Shown: positions 10,937 through 21,933, counted from the first letter of the stretch. The stretch is 64,000 nt of DNA from Alphaproteobacteria bacterium (GCA_015062285.1 SUUY01000001.1:30622-94621), one strand, 5' to 3'. The notes: generated by a model from the sequence alone, not told the origin. Translations and numbers: made by a program.

Positions 10937-11063
10937 AATTTTAAAATCTTATGGATAAAGATAAATTAGTTGAATAAAAAATTTTTTAGTGTATTAATAT
11001 CTTAGCTAAAAGGGATATATTTATCCCTAATTGTTTGTTTTAAATAATGATAAGGAAGTAAAA

Positions 11064-12413
11064 ATGGTTTCGTTGGCAGAAAAAATGGCTGCAAATGTTG
11101 ATATGTCGGCTTTTGGCAAAGCAGAAGAACTTAAGAAAAGATTGTGGTTTACTGTTTTGGCTTTGATTGTTTTCAGATTGGGAACATTTATTCCGTTGCC
11201 GGGTATTGATTCTGCAATTTTGGCTGAAATTTTTGAGCGTAATTCCGGCGGTATTTTGGGTATGTTTAATATGTTTGCCGGTGGTGCGTTAGAACGTATG
11301 ACTATTTTTGCTCTTAATATTATGCCTTATATTTCGGCATCTATTATAATTCAATTGGGGCAATCTGTTGTTCCGTCTTTGCAGGCTTTGAAGAAAGAAG
11401 GTGAGGCAGGACATCGTAAGGTTACTCAATATACTCGCTATCTGACAGTGTTGATTACTATTATTCAAGGCTATGGAATCGCAGTAGGATTAGAAAGTAT
11501 GGTTGGTGCTGCCGGTATGTCCGCTGTGGTTATGCCTGGTTTTATTTTCCGCTTTACGACAATAGTTTCCTTGGTCGGCGGTACAATGTTCATTGTGTGG
11601 TTGGGAGAGCAAATTACGGCCCGTGGTGTGGGTAACGGTTCGTCTCTTATCATTACGGTTGGTATTATTGCCAATATTCCGGCTGCTTTGGCTCAGACAT
11701 TTGAGTTGGGTAGAGTTGGCTCTATGTCTGCTCCGGTGATTTTGATGTTGTTGGCAATGGTTTTGGGTTTGATTTATTTGATTGTTTTGGTTGAAAGAGC
11801 TCAACGCAAAATTATTATCCAATATCCGAAACGTCAAGCAATGGGGCCGATGTCTTCAGCATCAAGTTCTCATTTGCCATTGAAGATTAACCCGACAGGT
11901 GTTATCCCTCCGATTTTTGCAAGCTCTTTGTTGCTATTGCCGATTACAATTGCAAATTTGAGTGCAAATAATGGACCTGCCTGGGTGCAAAGCTTGAGTC
12001 AGATGCTTGGCCATGGGCAGCCGTTGTACTTGGCTTTGTATGCCTTTTTAATTGCATTCTTTGCTTTCTTCTATACTGCTATTGTATTTAATCCTGAAGA
12101 GACAGCGGATAATCTGAAAAGGCATGGCGGTTTTGTGGCCGGTATTCGTCCGGGGAAAAATACGGCCGAATATTTGGATTATGTTCTTACTCGTTTGACT
12201 GTTTTGGGAGCCGTATATTTGGTTGGTTTGTGTATTTTGCCTGAAGTTTTGATCAGTAAGCTTTCTGTTCCGTTTGTGTTGGGTGGAACAACATTGCTTA
12301 TCGTGGTTCAGGTAACAATGGATTTTGTAACACAAGTTCAATCTCACTTGATTGCTTATCAGTATGAATCCTTGATTAAAAAAGCTTCTTTGGCTAATAG
12401 AAAGCGTCGCTAA
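11064..12413 (+). CDS. secY: Preprotein translocase subunit SecY
   Basis: Ten-TM protein with SecY family signatures; start moved to ATG 11064 (RBS aaggaag). Confidence 0.93.
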   Translation: MVSLAEKMAANVDMSAFGKAEELKKRLWFTVLALIVFRLGTFIPLPGIDSAILAEIFERNSGGILGMFNMFAGGALERMTIFALNIMPYISASIIIQLGQSVVPSLQALKKEGEAGHRKVTQYTRYLTVLITIIQGYGIAVGLESMVGAAGMSAVVMPGFIFRFTTIVSLVGGTMFIVWLGEQITARGVGNGSSLIITVGIIANIPAALAQTFELGRVGSMSAPVILMLLAMVLGLIYLIVLVERAQRKIIIQYPKRQAMGPMSSASSSHLPLKINPTGVIPPIFASSLLLLPITIANLSANNGPAWVQSLSQMLGHGQPLYLALYAFLIAFFAFFYTAIVFNPEETADNLKRHGGFVAGIRPGKNTAEYLDYVLTRLTVLGAVYLVGLCILPEVLISKLSVPFVLGGTTLLIVVQVTMDFVTQVQSHLIAYQYESLIKKASLANRKRR

Positions 12414-12414
12414 T

Positions 12415-13086
12415 ATGAACAGCAACGGTTTGGGTTTACATATAGTTTTGACCGGAGCTCCCGGTTGCGGTAAGGGTACGCAAGCACGAATCTTAAAAGA
12501 AAAGATTGCTATCCCGCATCTTTCTACCGGAGAAATGTTGAGAGCCGAGGCCGCTAAAGGAACAGCCTTGGGACTCGAGATTAAGGCCTTAATCGACGGA
12601 GGGAATTTGGTTCCCGATGAAATGATTGTTGAGATGCTTTCGGGCAGAATAGATGAAGACGATTGTAAAAACGGATTTATTTTGGACGGGTTTCCGCGAA
12701 CCTTACCTCAGGCAGAGGTTTTGGAGAATATGCTGAAGCAAAAGGGTATAACCCTTGATGCTGCAGTGGAAATTCAGGTTCCTGATGAAATTATTATGGA
12801 GCGTATTTTGGGTCGCTATGCATGCATGAAATGTGGGCATGGTTACCATGACAAATATCAGAAGCCTAATATTTATGGCGTGTGTGATGATTGCGGTGGC
12901 ACGGAATTTTATCGTCGAATCGATGATAATAGAGCTACCGTACAAAATCGACTCGTTAATTATCGTGCATTGACATATCCGACAATTCCTTATTTTGAGA
13001 AAAAAGGATTGTTGCGGTGTGTTGATGGAACAGGATCTATTGCTGCAGTATCTAAAAAAATAGATGATCTGTTGGCAATTAAATAA
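12415..13086 (+). CDS. adk: Adenylate kinase (zinc-binding LID)
   Basis: P-loop GAPGCGKGTQ; Cys4 LID CMKCG...CDDCG. Confidence 0.93.
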   Translation: MNSNGLGLHIVLTGAPGCGKGTQARILKEKIAIPHLSTGEMLRAEAAKGTALGLEIKALIDGGNLVPDEMIVEMLSGRIDEDDCKNGFILDGFPRTLPQAEVLENMLKQKGITLDAAVEIQVPDEIIMERILGRYACMKCGHGYHDKYQKPNIYGVCDDCGGTEFYRRIDDNRATVQNRLVNYRALTYPTIPYFEKKGLLRCVDGTGSIAAVSKKIDDLLAIK

Positions 13087-13145
13087 ATATTTGACAACTG
13101 ATTGCAAAAAAACAGAATTTTTTTAAAAGAATCTGTAAATCTTTG

Positions 13146-13173
13146 TTGACACAAACAAAATTTGTCATATAAT
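13146..13173 (+). promoter_or_regulatory. Near-consensus sigma70 promoter upstream of rpsM
   Basis: TTGACA (13146-13151), 16-nt spacer, TATAAT (13168-13173). Confidence 0.6.
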
Positions 13174-13245
13174 CCGGCTTAATTTTGAAAAGTGGTGATC
13201 AACTTTTTGAATGTAATAATAATATCTAGATAATGGAGAGTTAAC

Positions 13246-13614
13246 TTGGCTCGTATAGCTGGTGTAAATATCCCGACTGCCAAAAAGATTGAGGTTGCTT
13301 TAACCTACATCTATGGAATCGGAAGAAAAACTGCTCAAGACATTTGTGCAAAATCCGGAGTTTCTGCTGATCGCCGTGTTCATGAGTTGAGCGATGAAGA
13401 AGTAGCTAAAATCCGCGAAGTTATTGACAACGATGTTGTTGTTGAAGGTGAGCTTCGTCGTGAAGTTGGTGTTAATATTAAAAGATTGATGGATCTAGGC
13501 TGCTATCGTGGTCTTCGTCATCGTAAAGGTTTGCCTGTTCGTGGTCAGAGCACAAAACAAAATGCTCGTACACGTAAGGGTAAACGTAAGACCGTAGCTA
13601 ATAAGAAGAAATAA
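13246..13614 (+). CDS. rpsM: 30S ribosomal protein S13
   Basis: [10 protein letters not shown]-terminus; probable TTG start. Confidence 0.92.
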   Translation: MARIAGVNIPTAKKIEVALTYIYGIGRKTAQDICAKSGVSADRRVHELSDEEVAKIREVIDNDVVVEGELRREVGVNIKRLMDLGCYRGLRHRKGLPVRGQSTKQNARTRKGKRKTVANKKK

Positions 13615-13627
13615 GGTGGGTTGTTAA

Positions 13628-14017
13628 ATGGCAAAAGCAGTACAACGTGTTAAAAAGAAAGAAAAGAAGAATATTACGGCAGGTGTCGCACATATTAATT
13701 CTACTTTCAACAATACCCGTGTAACCATTACTGACGCTCAAGGCAATACCGTTGCTTGGTCTACCTCAGGTGCTCAGGGTTTTAAGGGTTCTCGTAAATC
13801 AACTCCGTATGCCGCTCAAGTTGCTGCTGAAGAAGCAGGCAAAAAGGCTCAGGAGCATGGTATGAAGACTTTAGAGGTTGAAGTTAAAGGCCCAGGTTCT
13901 GGTAGAGAATCTGCAATTAGAGCTTTGCAAGTTATAGGATTTACAATCACTACAATTCGTGATGTCACTCCTATTCCTCACAATGGCTGTCGTTTGAAAA
14001 AGAGACGTCGCGTCTAA
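13628..14017 (+). CDS. rpsK: 30S ribosomal protein S11
   Basis: 129 aa, conserved position and motifs. Confidence 0.92.
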   Translation: MAKAVQRVKKKEKKNITAGVAHINSTFNNTRVTITDAQGNTVAWSTSGAQGFKGSRKSTPYAAQVAAEEAGKKAQEHGMKTLEVEVKGPGSGRESAIRALQVIGFTITTIRDVTPIPHNGCRLKKRRRV

Positions 14018-14109
14018 TACATTTATTTTGGGTTATGGGGTCTTGCGACCTCATAACCTTGTAGTTTTTTCTGAACTTTGCATATGCAGTAAATTAAGAG
14101 GACATTCCC

Positions 14110-15120
14110 GTGATTCAAAAGAATTGGCAAGAACTTATTAAACCAACTACTTTGGAAGTTTCTCCTTTGGAAGGTGGAAACAAAGCTAAAATAGTGGTAG
14201 AACCTTTGGAGAGAGGTTTTGGCTTAACTTTGGGTAACGCTTTGAGAAGAGTTTTGCTTTCATCATTACAGGGCGGTGCTGTTACCAGCATCAAAATTGA
14301 TGGTGTTTTGCATGAATTCTCAGTTATTCCCGGTGTGAGAGAAGATGTAACCGACATCGTTTTGAATGTTAAGTGTTTGGCTGTTGCTCTTCATAGTGAA
14401 GGACAAAAAACAATGACATTGAAAGCAGAAGGACCTTGTGTGGTTACTGCAGCAATGATTGAACATGGCCATGATATTGAGATTATGAATCCTGATTTGG
14501 TTATTTGTAATCTTGATGCCGGTGCAAAAATCAATATGGAGATGACTGTAGGAACAGGCAAAGGCTATGTTCCGGCAGCCGCTAACAAACCTTCAGATGC
14601 TCCAATTGGTTTGATTGCAGTTGATTCTATCTATTCTCCGGTGCGTAAGGTTTCTTATAAAGTTGAAAATACTCGTGTCGGACAAGCAACAGACTATGAT
14701 AAATTGACAATGATTATAGAGACAAATGGCGTAGTTGTTCCTGAAGATGCAGTTGCTTTGGCAGCTCGTATCTTACAAGATCAATTAAAGCCGTTTATCA
14801 ATTTTGATGAGCCTGAAGTTGAAGTTGAGGCAGAAAAAGAAGAATTGCCATTCAACCGTAATCTTTTGAAGAAAGTTGAAGAGCTTGAGCTTTCTGTTCG
14901 TTCTGCTAACTGCTTGAAGAATGATAACATTGTATATATTGGTGATTTGGTACAGAAGACCGAGGCCGAGATGTTACGTACTCCAAACTTTGGTCGTAAA
15001 TCATTGAACGAAATTAAAGAAGTATTGGCTAAGATGGGCATTCATTTGGGTATGGATACTCCGGGTTGGCCGCCAGAGAATATTGAAGATTTGATTCGTC
15101 GTTGTGATGAACACTTCTAA
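14110..15120 (+). CDS. rpoA: DNA-directed RNA polymerase subunit alpha
   Basis: [13 protein letters not shown]-terminus typical of RpoA; GTG start; 336 aa. Confidence 0.95.
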   Translation: MIQKNWQELIKPTTLEVSPLEGGNKAKIVVEPLERGFGLTLGNALRRVLLSSLQGGAVTSIKIDGVLHEFSVIPGVREDVTDIVLNVKCLAVALHSEGQKTMTLKAEGPCVVTAAMIEHGHDIEIMNPDLVICNLDAGAKINMEMTVGTGKGYVPAAANKPSDAPIGLIAVDSIYSPVRKVSYKVENTRVGQATDYDKLTMIIETNGVVVPEDAVALAARILQDQLKPFINFDEPEVEVEAEKEELPFNRNLLKKVEELELSVRSANCLKNDNIVYIGDLVQKTEAEMLRTPNFGRKSLNEIKEVLAKMGIHLGMDTPGWPPENIEDLIRRCDEHF

Positions 15121-15126
15121 TAAAAA

Positions 15127-15153
15127 AGCTCCGATAATTGTCGGAGCTTTTTT
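15127..15153 (+). terminator. Rho-independent terminator after rpoA
   Basis: agctccga-taattg-tcggagct followed by tttttt. Confidence 0.8.
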
Positions 15154-15279
15154 ATTAGTAAAAAGTTGATTATCTGTCGGTTTTTTCTCTGCTTTGCATA
15201 TTTAGTTATTGAATTTTGGTAAAAAAGACTTATGATAATATCAATATTTTATGTTTTATAAATTAAATTAAGTATAATT

Positions 15280-15633
15280 ATGGAAGATGAATTTGTAATG
15301 TGCGAAGAATATGCAAAAACATTGGAGCAATTAGCATCCTTATTAAGGCAGGTTTGCTATTCGAATAAATATACAGCAAAAGATATAAACGATCTTAAAT
15401 CCTTGGGAGATAGGTCTTTGTTGGTTGATGTATATTTAGATGTTTTTCTGCCGAACTTACATATAATTACCCCGCTAACTTCAGGTCAAGAATGTGAGTT
15501 TGTTGGGGCTGATGAGCAAGATGTGTTGTTGCTTAAAAGCTATGTTTCAGTGGTTGATAACTGCGAGATGCTGTTGCAAGCCATTGGTGCAAAAGGTGTA
15601 AAAGATGAGCAATCAACACTATTTTTTTCTTAG
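15280..15633 (+). CDS. Hypothetical protein
   Basis: 117-aa ORF with own terminator; no recognisable motif. Confidence 0.4.
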   Translation: MEDEFVMCEEYAKTLEQLASLLRQVCYSNKYTAKDINDLKSLGDRSLLVDVYLDVFLPNLHIITPLTSGQECEFVGADEQDVLLLKSYVSVVDNCEMLLQAIGAKGVKDEQSTLFFS

Positions 15634-15669
15634 AAAAAACACGCAACTTTTAAAGTTGCGTGTTTTTTT
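15634..15669. terminator. Bidirectional rho-independent terminator
   Basis: A-run, aacacgcaacttt-t-aaagttgcgtgtt, T-run. Confidence 0.75.
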
Positions 15670-15670
15670 G

Positions 15671-16462
15671 CTATTTGTAGACGACACGGTAAATCGGCTG
15701 GTTCAAGTTTTTCTGTTTTTTGGTGCGTATTACAGTATTAAGCCATTCCTTTTTGATGGGGATTTTTTGTCCTTTACCATCGTAACATTCCCAAGTTGTG
15801 CCTTTGCGAGCAAGTGTTATGACCGTGTTGTATTGCGTAAGATCTAAGACATCGGCTAATTCATCGAACTCACAAGGAAGAACTTGTTTATAAGGCTCAT
15901 CGTCTCCGATATTCCAGAATTCATAGTCTCGAACGAAACCCCATTTGCCATTTTCTTTTATTGCATAACCGTAGTAACTAATGCAGATGTCTTCATGAGG
16001 GCCGGCTGATTTGGTGTATATGCCTTTTTCTGTATAAAACTTAAAGTCATGAGTATGACCAAAGCAATAATATCTTGAAGAATCACCCATGTATTCGATC
16101 TTAGTTACAGGGTTGCCACCTGCATGGATAGCTCCTTTTTGCGAATAATAATATGTTTGTCCGTCTTTTTGGCAAACAAACATATATTCTTTTTCGCAGA
16201 TCATTTTGAGTGAGATGGAGTCATAAATACACGGAATAACACCACTTGATAAGGGATCAAACTTTGTCTCTTCTTCAAGAAAGGCATATTCTCCAAGCAT
16301 AAATTTTATGCTATTTTTGAAAATTACGCCATAGCGTTTTTTGCCGTCTACCTTTTTTTCATACTGACAAAACTCGAAGTCGTCAGAAGCATCAAATTTG
16401 GTTATTCTTACACAGCTACATGCGAGCAGGGCAAGAAACGAAATTAAAAGAATTTTTTTCAT
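15671..16462 (-). CDS. Putative lipoprotein with WG-repeat-like segments
   Basis: Signal peptide with lipobox LLACSC; motifs GKWGFVRDYEF and KRYGVIFKN resemble WG/KWG repeats. Confidence 0.55.
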   Translation of the reverse strand: MKKILLISFLALLACSCVRITKFDASDDFEFCQYEKKVDGKKRYGVIFKNSIKFMLGEYAFLEEETKFDPLSSGVIPCIYDSISLKMICEKEYMFVCQKDGQTYYYSQKGAIHAGGNPVTKIEYMGDSSRYYCFGHTHDFKFYTEKGIYTKSAGPHEDICISYYGYAIKENGKWGFVRDYEFWNIGDDEPYKQVLPCEFDELADVLDLTQYNTVITLARKGTTWECYDGKGQKIPIKKEWLNTVIRTKKQKNLNQPIYRVVYK

Positions 16463-16530
16463 AACACAGTAATTTAGAGTTAATAATTATTATTTATTTT
16501 TTGTTTAGCACGATTAATAAAAATTGCAAC

Positions 16531-16561
16531 AAAAAAAGGGAAGGATTTTCCTTCCCTTTTT
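16531..16561. terminator. Bidirectional terminator (3' of hppA on the minus strand)
   Basis: aaaaaaa-gggaagga-ttt-tccttccc-ttttt. Confidence 0.75.
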
Positions 16562-16574
16562 AGTATATAAAATC

Positions 16575-18989
16575 TTATAGTTTTTCGATGCGCATGCGAT
16601 AGAAAGACCGCCATACGAATAGAAGTCCTAATAAGAAAAATGCGATACCGAGGCCCATAGCTACACAACGTGGAGCTGACACAGCCATTTCAACAGCTAA
16701 CAAACCAAACAACGTGGTAAACTTGATGATTGGATTAAGTGCTACTGAAGAAGTGTCTTTGTATGGATCTCCTACTGTATCTCCGACAACAGAAGCTGCG
16801 TGGAGAGGGGTTCCTTTTTCGTTTAGGTCAACCTCAACTACTTTTTTGGCATTGTCCCAAGAGCCTCCGGCATTGGCCATGTATAAGGCTTGGAAAAGAC
16901 CAAAAACAGCAATCGAAATTAAGTAGCTGGCAAACAAGTTTGCATCAAAGCAAGCAAAAGCTATTGTGAACGAGAATATCACAATAAAGATATTGAACAT
17001 ACCTTTTTGAGCATACAATGTGCAAATTTGAACTACTTTTTTGGAGTCATCAATTGAGGCGGCTTTGGAAGTGTCTAAATTGATGTGCTGTTTGATGTAG
17101 TTTACGGCTCTATATGCACCGGTAGAAACTGCTTGCATAGAGGCACCGGAAAACCAGAAAATTACAGCTCCGCCCAAGATAATTCCGAACAGAACTTCAG
17201 GATCTAGTAGGTTGAGTTGCAAATTGAGCAACAAAATGATTGAAAAAATCATAGTGGTTGCACCAATTACGGCTGTACCGATAAGAACAGGTTTGGCTGT
17301 TGCCTTAAAGGTGTTGCCGGCACTGTCGTTTTCTTCTAAGAAGTGTTTGCCTTTTTCAAAGTCTGGCTTAAAACCGTATTCTTTTTCAATCTCTTTTGAA
17401 ATGCCTTTTTGGCTTTCAATTTGAGAAAGTTCAAATACAGATTGAGCATTGTCTGTTACCGGACCATAAGAGTCAACAGCGATAGTTACCGGACCCATGC
17501 CCAACATTCCAAATGCCACTAAACCAAAGGCAAATACACTCGGGTATACCATGTAGGCGTCTAAACCATTGCGAGCAGTAAAGAAGGCAACGGCCATAAG
17601 ACCTACCATAACTAGACCTTGCCAAAAGGCAGAGAAGTTTCCTGCAACCATACCGGAAATGATATTAAGTGATGCTCCGGCTTCGCGGCTGGCATTTACA
17701 ACTTCTTCAACATGCTTTGATTTAGAAGAGGTAAATATTTTGGTAAACTCCGGAATTAAAGCTGCGGCTAATGTACCGCAAGAAATAATAACCGAAAGTT
17801 TCCACCACAAATCACCAAAGTCTGCTAGCATAACTTTAGAAACGCCGAATGTGACCAAAATAGACACGATTGATGTGAGCCAAATCAGAGATGTTAACGG
17901 AGTTTCAAAGTTAAACGATTTTTTGTTGCCGAACAACCATGATGATACTCTGGCGTTTATCCAGTAAGATAAAACAGACGTTAAAATCATTAATACACGC
18001 ATTGCAAATATCCAAACGATAAGACGAGCTTGGAAGTCAATGCCGTTTTTCATTAAAACTAAGTTGCCGTCCGGGGCGTACATCATGCCGGCACCTAGTA
18101 CAATGAAACTGATTAAGGCAACACCTGTTACGCCGTATGTTTCAAAACCATCGGCTGTAGGACCAACAGAATCGCCGGCATTATCACCTGTACAGTCAGC
18201 AATAACACCAGGATTCCGGGCATCATCTTCATCTATTTTGAAAATGATTTTCATGAGATCTGCACCAATATCGGCAATTTTGGTAAAGATACCGCCACAA
18301 ATACGCAAGGCAGCAGCACCTAATGATTCACCAATAGCAAAACCTACAAAGCAAGCTCCGGCACTATCTTTGGGCACAAAGAGCAAAATTGCAATCATCA
18401 TAATGAGTTCTACGCAAATTAATAACACGCCGATAGACATGCCTGATTTGAGTGGAAGGCTCATTACGGGAAACGGTTTGCCTTTTAGTGATAAAAATGC
18501 AGTGCGAGAATTGGCGTAAGTGTTTATTCTCATGCCAAACCAAGCAACACAGAACGAACCCAATATACCAAAAATAGACCACATTAAAATAGTCATTACT
18601 TTGGGCAATGGAGTTGCGTTTAGATAGAAGAAATAATAAAAAATGCAAACAGCAATGAACAACTCTAAAATTACCAATAATTTAGCTTGTTGTTTCATAT
18701 ATGTTTTGCAAGTTTCATAGATAGTGTTAGAAACATCTAACATTAGTTTATGAGCCGGAAGTTTTTTGATTGAGCAAAATTCTACTAATCCGAAAATCAT
18801 TCCGAAAATACATATTCCCATGCCATATAGCAATAATTGTGATCCGGTTACATTCCATCCGAAAATGTTATATGCAACGTCTAAAGATGGAACTTTAAGG
18901 TCAATTTCTGAAGCAAAGCAGCTTGCAGAAAAAGCAATGTTTAAGATCAAGGTTAAAGCTATAAGGCTAAATCTTTTTAAGTTTATCAT
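16575..18989 (-). CDS. hppA: Membrane-bound proton-translocating pyrophosphatase
   Basis: Multi-TM protein with H+-PPase signatures (GGG-FTKAADVGADL-like GGIFTKIADIGADL, DNVGDNVGD-like DCTGDNAGDSVGP, GDTVGDPYKD); N-terminal signal-like extension. Confidence 0.9.
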   Translation of the reverse strand: MINLKRFSLIALTLILNIAFSASCFASEIDLKVPSLDVAYNIFGWNVTGSQLLLYGMGICIFGMIFGLVEFCSIKKLPAHKLMLDVSNTIYETCKTYMKQQAKLLVILELFIAVCIFYYFFYLNATPLPKVMTILMWSIFGILGSFCVAWFGMRINTYANSRTAFLSLKGKPFPVMSLPLKSGMSIGVLLICVELIMMIAILLFVPKDSAGACFVGFAIGESLGAAALRICGGIFTKIADIGADLMKIIFKIDEDDARNPGVIADCTGDNAGDSVGPTADGFETYGVTGVALISFIVLGAGMMYAPDGNLVLMKNGIDFQARLIVWIFAMRVLMILTSVLSYWINARVSSWLFGNKKSFNFETPLTSLIWLTSIVSILVTFGVSKVMLADFGDLWWKLSVIISCGTLAAALIPEFTKIFTSSKSKHVEEVVNASREAGASLNIISGMVAGNFSAFWQGLVMVGLMAVAFFTARNGLDAYMVYPSVFAFGLVAFGMLGMGPVTIAVDSYGPVTDNAQSVFELSQIESQKGISKEIEKEYGFKPDFEKGKHFLEENDSAGNTFKATAKPVLIGTAVIGATTMIFSIILLLNLQLNLLDPEVLFGIILGGAVIFWFSGASMQAVSTGAYRAVNYIKQHINLDTSKAASIDDSKKVVQICTLYAQKGMFNIFIVIFSFTIAFACFDANLFASYLISIAVFGLFQALYMANAGGSWDNAKKVVEVDLNEKGTPLHAASVVGDTVGDPYKDTSSVALNPIIKFTTLFGLLAVEMAVSAPRCVAMGLGIAFFLLGLLFVWRSFYRMRIEKL

Positions 18990-19143
18990 GTCTGATTCCT
19001 AAAAATGATTAATCCAATAAATTTCAAAATTATAACATTACAGTTCCCTTAAAAGGAATCGTAATTAAGCGTTATGGCTAAAGCTTAAACTTTGTTTCTA
19101 AATATTCAATTAACATTATATAGGTTGTGAAAAGATTATATGC

Positions 19144-21177
19144 CTATATATGTCCAAATTGTAAAAGATTGTGATATTTGCTTAGCGAGCCGTCTTCAAC
19201 ATCCCAACTGAAGTCTTTATGTATGGCATTTTTTTGCATTGCGGAAAATAAGTTTGGAGTGTTGTAAAATACAGATAAGGCTTTATCTAGTGTTTCTGTG
19301 TAGGCCTTTTCATTGTTTTTGAGACGTTGAGCAGTTAAGTTGTTGCCATAGACTCTGCGTCCGTCTGAGAAGAATACTTCTGTTCTAAATCCGTCTTTGC
19401 CATCGTCTATGGTGTCAACTAACCCTCCGGTAGACATTGCAACAGGAAGAGCACCTTTGGCCATGGCTTCCATTTGAGTTAAACCGCAAGGCTCAAAACG
19501 GCAAGGCATCATATAAAAATCTGATGCAAGCTGTATGGCATAGGCGAATTCATCTCGGTAACCTCTAAATACAAAAATGCGGGCTGCCGCTTCAGGATTT
19601 ATTTTTGATACATTGTCTTTTAGTTTGGTGAGAATCTTGAAATAGTTGATATCACCGGCACCACCCAGTACAAAAACAGGTTGCTCTATGGAGCTATCTT
19701 TGTATTTCTTAGAAAGGCTTAAAATCGCGTGTGCTGCAATATCATATCCTTTTTGTTCAACCATACGACTGGTTGCACAAATAATAGGGGTTCTAGAAAT
19801 ATCTTTTACAGAATTTAATATATCATCAAACTTGTAAGTATCAATCAGAGGAATAACTTTTTGTTTGTATGCCGCATCATTAGCTATTTTAGAAATTAAT
19901 TTGATAAATTCTTTTTTATTGTGAAGTTTGTTTTCCAAACTGTTTTCACTAAAACTTTTGAAATCAGTACAAGTGAAATATTTGTTTACCATATCAATTT
20001 TTTGTTGGTTTGGTGAAATTAATTTTTTTTCATATCCATTAACAATACCAAAAAAATTACGGTGATCTTTGCGAATTTTTAAGATGTCGCGAAAATCGAA
20101 TCCAAAGCCTAATTCCTTAGATACTTCTTCAAGGTAGTTTTTGGATACTGTGACAATTCTATCTGCTAAATGAAAGTTGCAGGAAGCTTGATTGTAACAA
20201 TCGTGCACAATAAGAGTATTCGTTGCTCTAGGGTTGCTGTTTTTGATTGCTTTTGCATTTTTGAAAACGGTAGAAGCTGTTTGTTCATAAAGAGAGTTTA
20301 AAATTTTAGCTGTGTTTTCATAGTCCCAACCTTGGTATCCAAGATGGTGGGCAATATGAATAACAGGAATATTTCTAATCTTTTCTGCCAAATTTTTAGG
20401 CATTGTTTGGATGTTTTCTTGAGCCAGTGTAAAGTATTTTAATAGTCCGGATAAGGCGCCACTGTGCCAATCATTGGCGATTAATACATTTGGTAAGGAT
20501 ATATTCGTAATTCTATTTTCGCAAAGATATTTGATAAGGGTATATACGGCTTTAGAAAAGAAAGCAAAACGCTCTACCTCGTTTATGCCGTTTTTGTTCA
20601 TAATATAGCAACCATCTTGCGCTGACGGATTCTCAGCATGAGGGTCTATATTGAAGAAACGATCATTACCTAAAAATATGTATTTGCAATCTTGAAATGT
20701 TGCTTCATATATATCTACACTATTTGTGTCGATAGATGTTTTATCCCCAATAAAAGGAACATCAATAGAGGCTATTTTTTTGATATCTGTATTTTGATGT
20801 TCGGCGCCAAAATACGTATGATTTTTTAGTTCTGCTTTCTTTTTTCCGGTGTTACCGATATATAGAGGTGTAATGATAACAATTTCTTCATCAGGGCCAT
20901 ATTTGTGATTAAAGGCTTCCGGAAGTTCTGATGCTATCATGCCAAGTCCGCCACATTTCATGAAAGTTGCTGTTTCTGCAGATATCATCCAGCCGTGAAT
21001 TTTTTCTATTTTGGGCCATGGATTTTTGCTTAAACATTGATTTTTAGATAAATTTTGGATTTCTTGAATGTACGGATTGGTGCTTACCGTATATTTGTGT
21101 GTGATTTTCTTTTTATTAAACCACTTAGGAAGCAGTTTAGAGGAGGAAATCTCCGTTGGCTGGTTTGGAGTTGTCAT
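19144..21177 (-). CDS. GT5-family glycogen/starch-synthase-like glycosyltransferase with N-terminal extension
   Basis: KCGGLGMI (cf. GlgA KTGGLGDV), ANDWHSGALSGLL, IVNGYE, C-terminal GT-B E-x7-E region RFEPCGLTQMEAMAKGALPVAMSTGGLVDTI. Confidence 0.7.
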   Translation of the reverse strand: MTTPNQPTEISSSKLLPKWFNKKKITHKYTVSTNPYIQEIQNLSKNQCLSKNPWPKIEKIHGWMISAETATFMKCGGLGMIASELPEAFNHKYGPDEEIVIITPLYIGNTGKKKAELKNHTYFGAEHQNTDIKKIASIDVPFIGDKTSIDTNSVDIYEATFQDCKYIFLGNDRFFNIDPHAENPSAQDGCYIMNKNGINEVERFAFFSKAVYTLIKYLCENRITNISLPNVLIANDWHSGALSGLLKYFTLAQENIQTMPKNLAEKIRNIPVIHIAHHLGYQGWDYENTAKILNSLYEQTASTVFKNAKAIKNSNPRATNTLIVHDCYNQASCNFHLADRIVTVSKNYLEEVSKELGFGFDFRDILKIRKDHRNFFGIVNGYEKKLISPNQQKIDMVNKYFTCTDFKSFSENSLENKLHNKKEFIKLISKIANDAAYKQKVIPLIDTYKFDDILNSVKDISRTPIICATSRMVEQKGYDIAAHAILSLSKKYKDSSIEQPVFVLGGAGDINYFKILTKLKDNVSKINPEAAARIFVFRGYRDEFAYAIQLASDFYMMPCRFEPCGLTQMEAMAKGALPVAMSTGGLVDTIDDGKDGFRTEVFFSDGRRVYGNNLTAQRLKNNEKAYTETLDKALSVFYNTPNLFSAMQKNAIHKDFSWDVEDGSLSKYHNLLQFGHI

Positions 21178-21314
21178 TATATATCTTTCGATGCTTCAAA
21201 AATAATTAGAAATTTTATAAGTTTATTAAAAGACCATAACTCTTGACTTGTCAAGTAATAGTCACTAAATTTCTTATATATGCACATAATTTAATAGTTT
21301 TTTAGAGAGAAACA

Positions 21315-21875
21315 ATGAGTAGAAAAGAAAAACAAAACCAAAACCAAGAAGAAATTATTGAAAAAGAAAAAGCTGAAGAATCTGTAGAGGTAGAAACAGA
21401 AAATGCTGTTTTGGAAGAAGATGATCCTGAATTATTGAAGATCCAAATAGATAAGCTAAAAACAGATTATTTGCGGGCGTATGCTGATGCCGAAAATACT
21501 AAAAGACGTTGTGCGCAAGAAATTGAAAAAAATAATAAGTATGCGATAGCAGATTTTGCTAAAAACCTATTGTCTGTAGCCGACAATTTACATAGAGCTA
21601 TTGATGCGGTTCAGAAAAGTGAAGATAACGAAAACTGTGAGGCTTTGCTTAAAGGGGTTGAGCTTACCGAAAATGAGTTGATGAAAGTTTTTGCAAAATT
21701 CGGAATCTCTAAAATGGATATAATAGGAACAGTATTTGATCCGAATTTTCATCAGGTGATTCAAGAGGTGGAAGACGAAGAAAAACCCGCAGGAACAATT
21801 ATTGCAGAATTACAAACAGGGTATATGATTAACGGGAGAATTTTGCGCGAAGCAATGGTTGTTGTTACAAAATAA
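21315..21875 (+). CDS. grpE: Nucleotide exchange factor GrpE
   Basis: Acidic N-terminus, coiled coil, and YLRAYADAENTKRR GrpE signature. Confidence 0.88.
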   Translation: MSRKEKQNQNQEEIIEKEKAEESVEVETENAVLEEDDPELLKIQIDKLKTDYLRAYADAENTKRRCAQEIEKNNKYAIADFAKNLLSVADNLHRAIDAVQKSEDNENCEALLKGVELTENELMKVFAKFGISKMDIIGTVFDPNFHQVIQEVEDEEKPAGTIIAELQTGYMINGRILREAMVVVTK

Positions 21876-21889
21876 GTGTGTGTAGGCAC

Positions 21890-21922
21890 AAAAAAAGAAC
21901 GGAAATTTTCCGTTCTTTTTTT
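21890..21922. terminator. Bidirectional terminator between grpE and trxA
   Basis: aaaaaaa-gaacgga-aattt-tccgttc-ttttttt. Confidence 0.8.
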
Positions 21923-21933
21923 GGTTTAATCTT

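Noticed and set aside
17569-18519. Plus-strand ORFs (132 and 159 aa) inside the minus-strand hppA gene
   Set aside because: They are embedded antisense in a well-supported 804-aa H+-PPase gene and have no independent signals.
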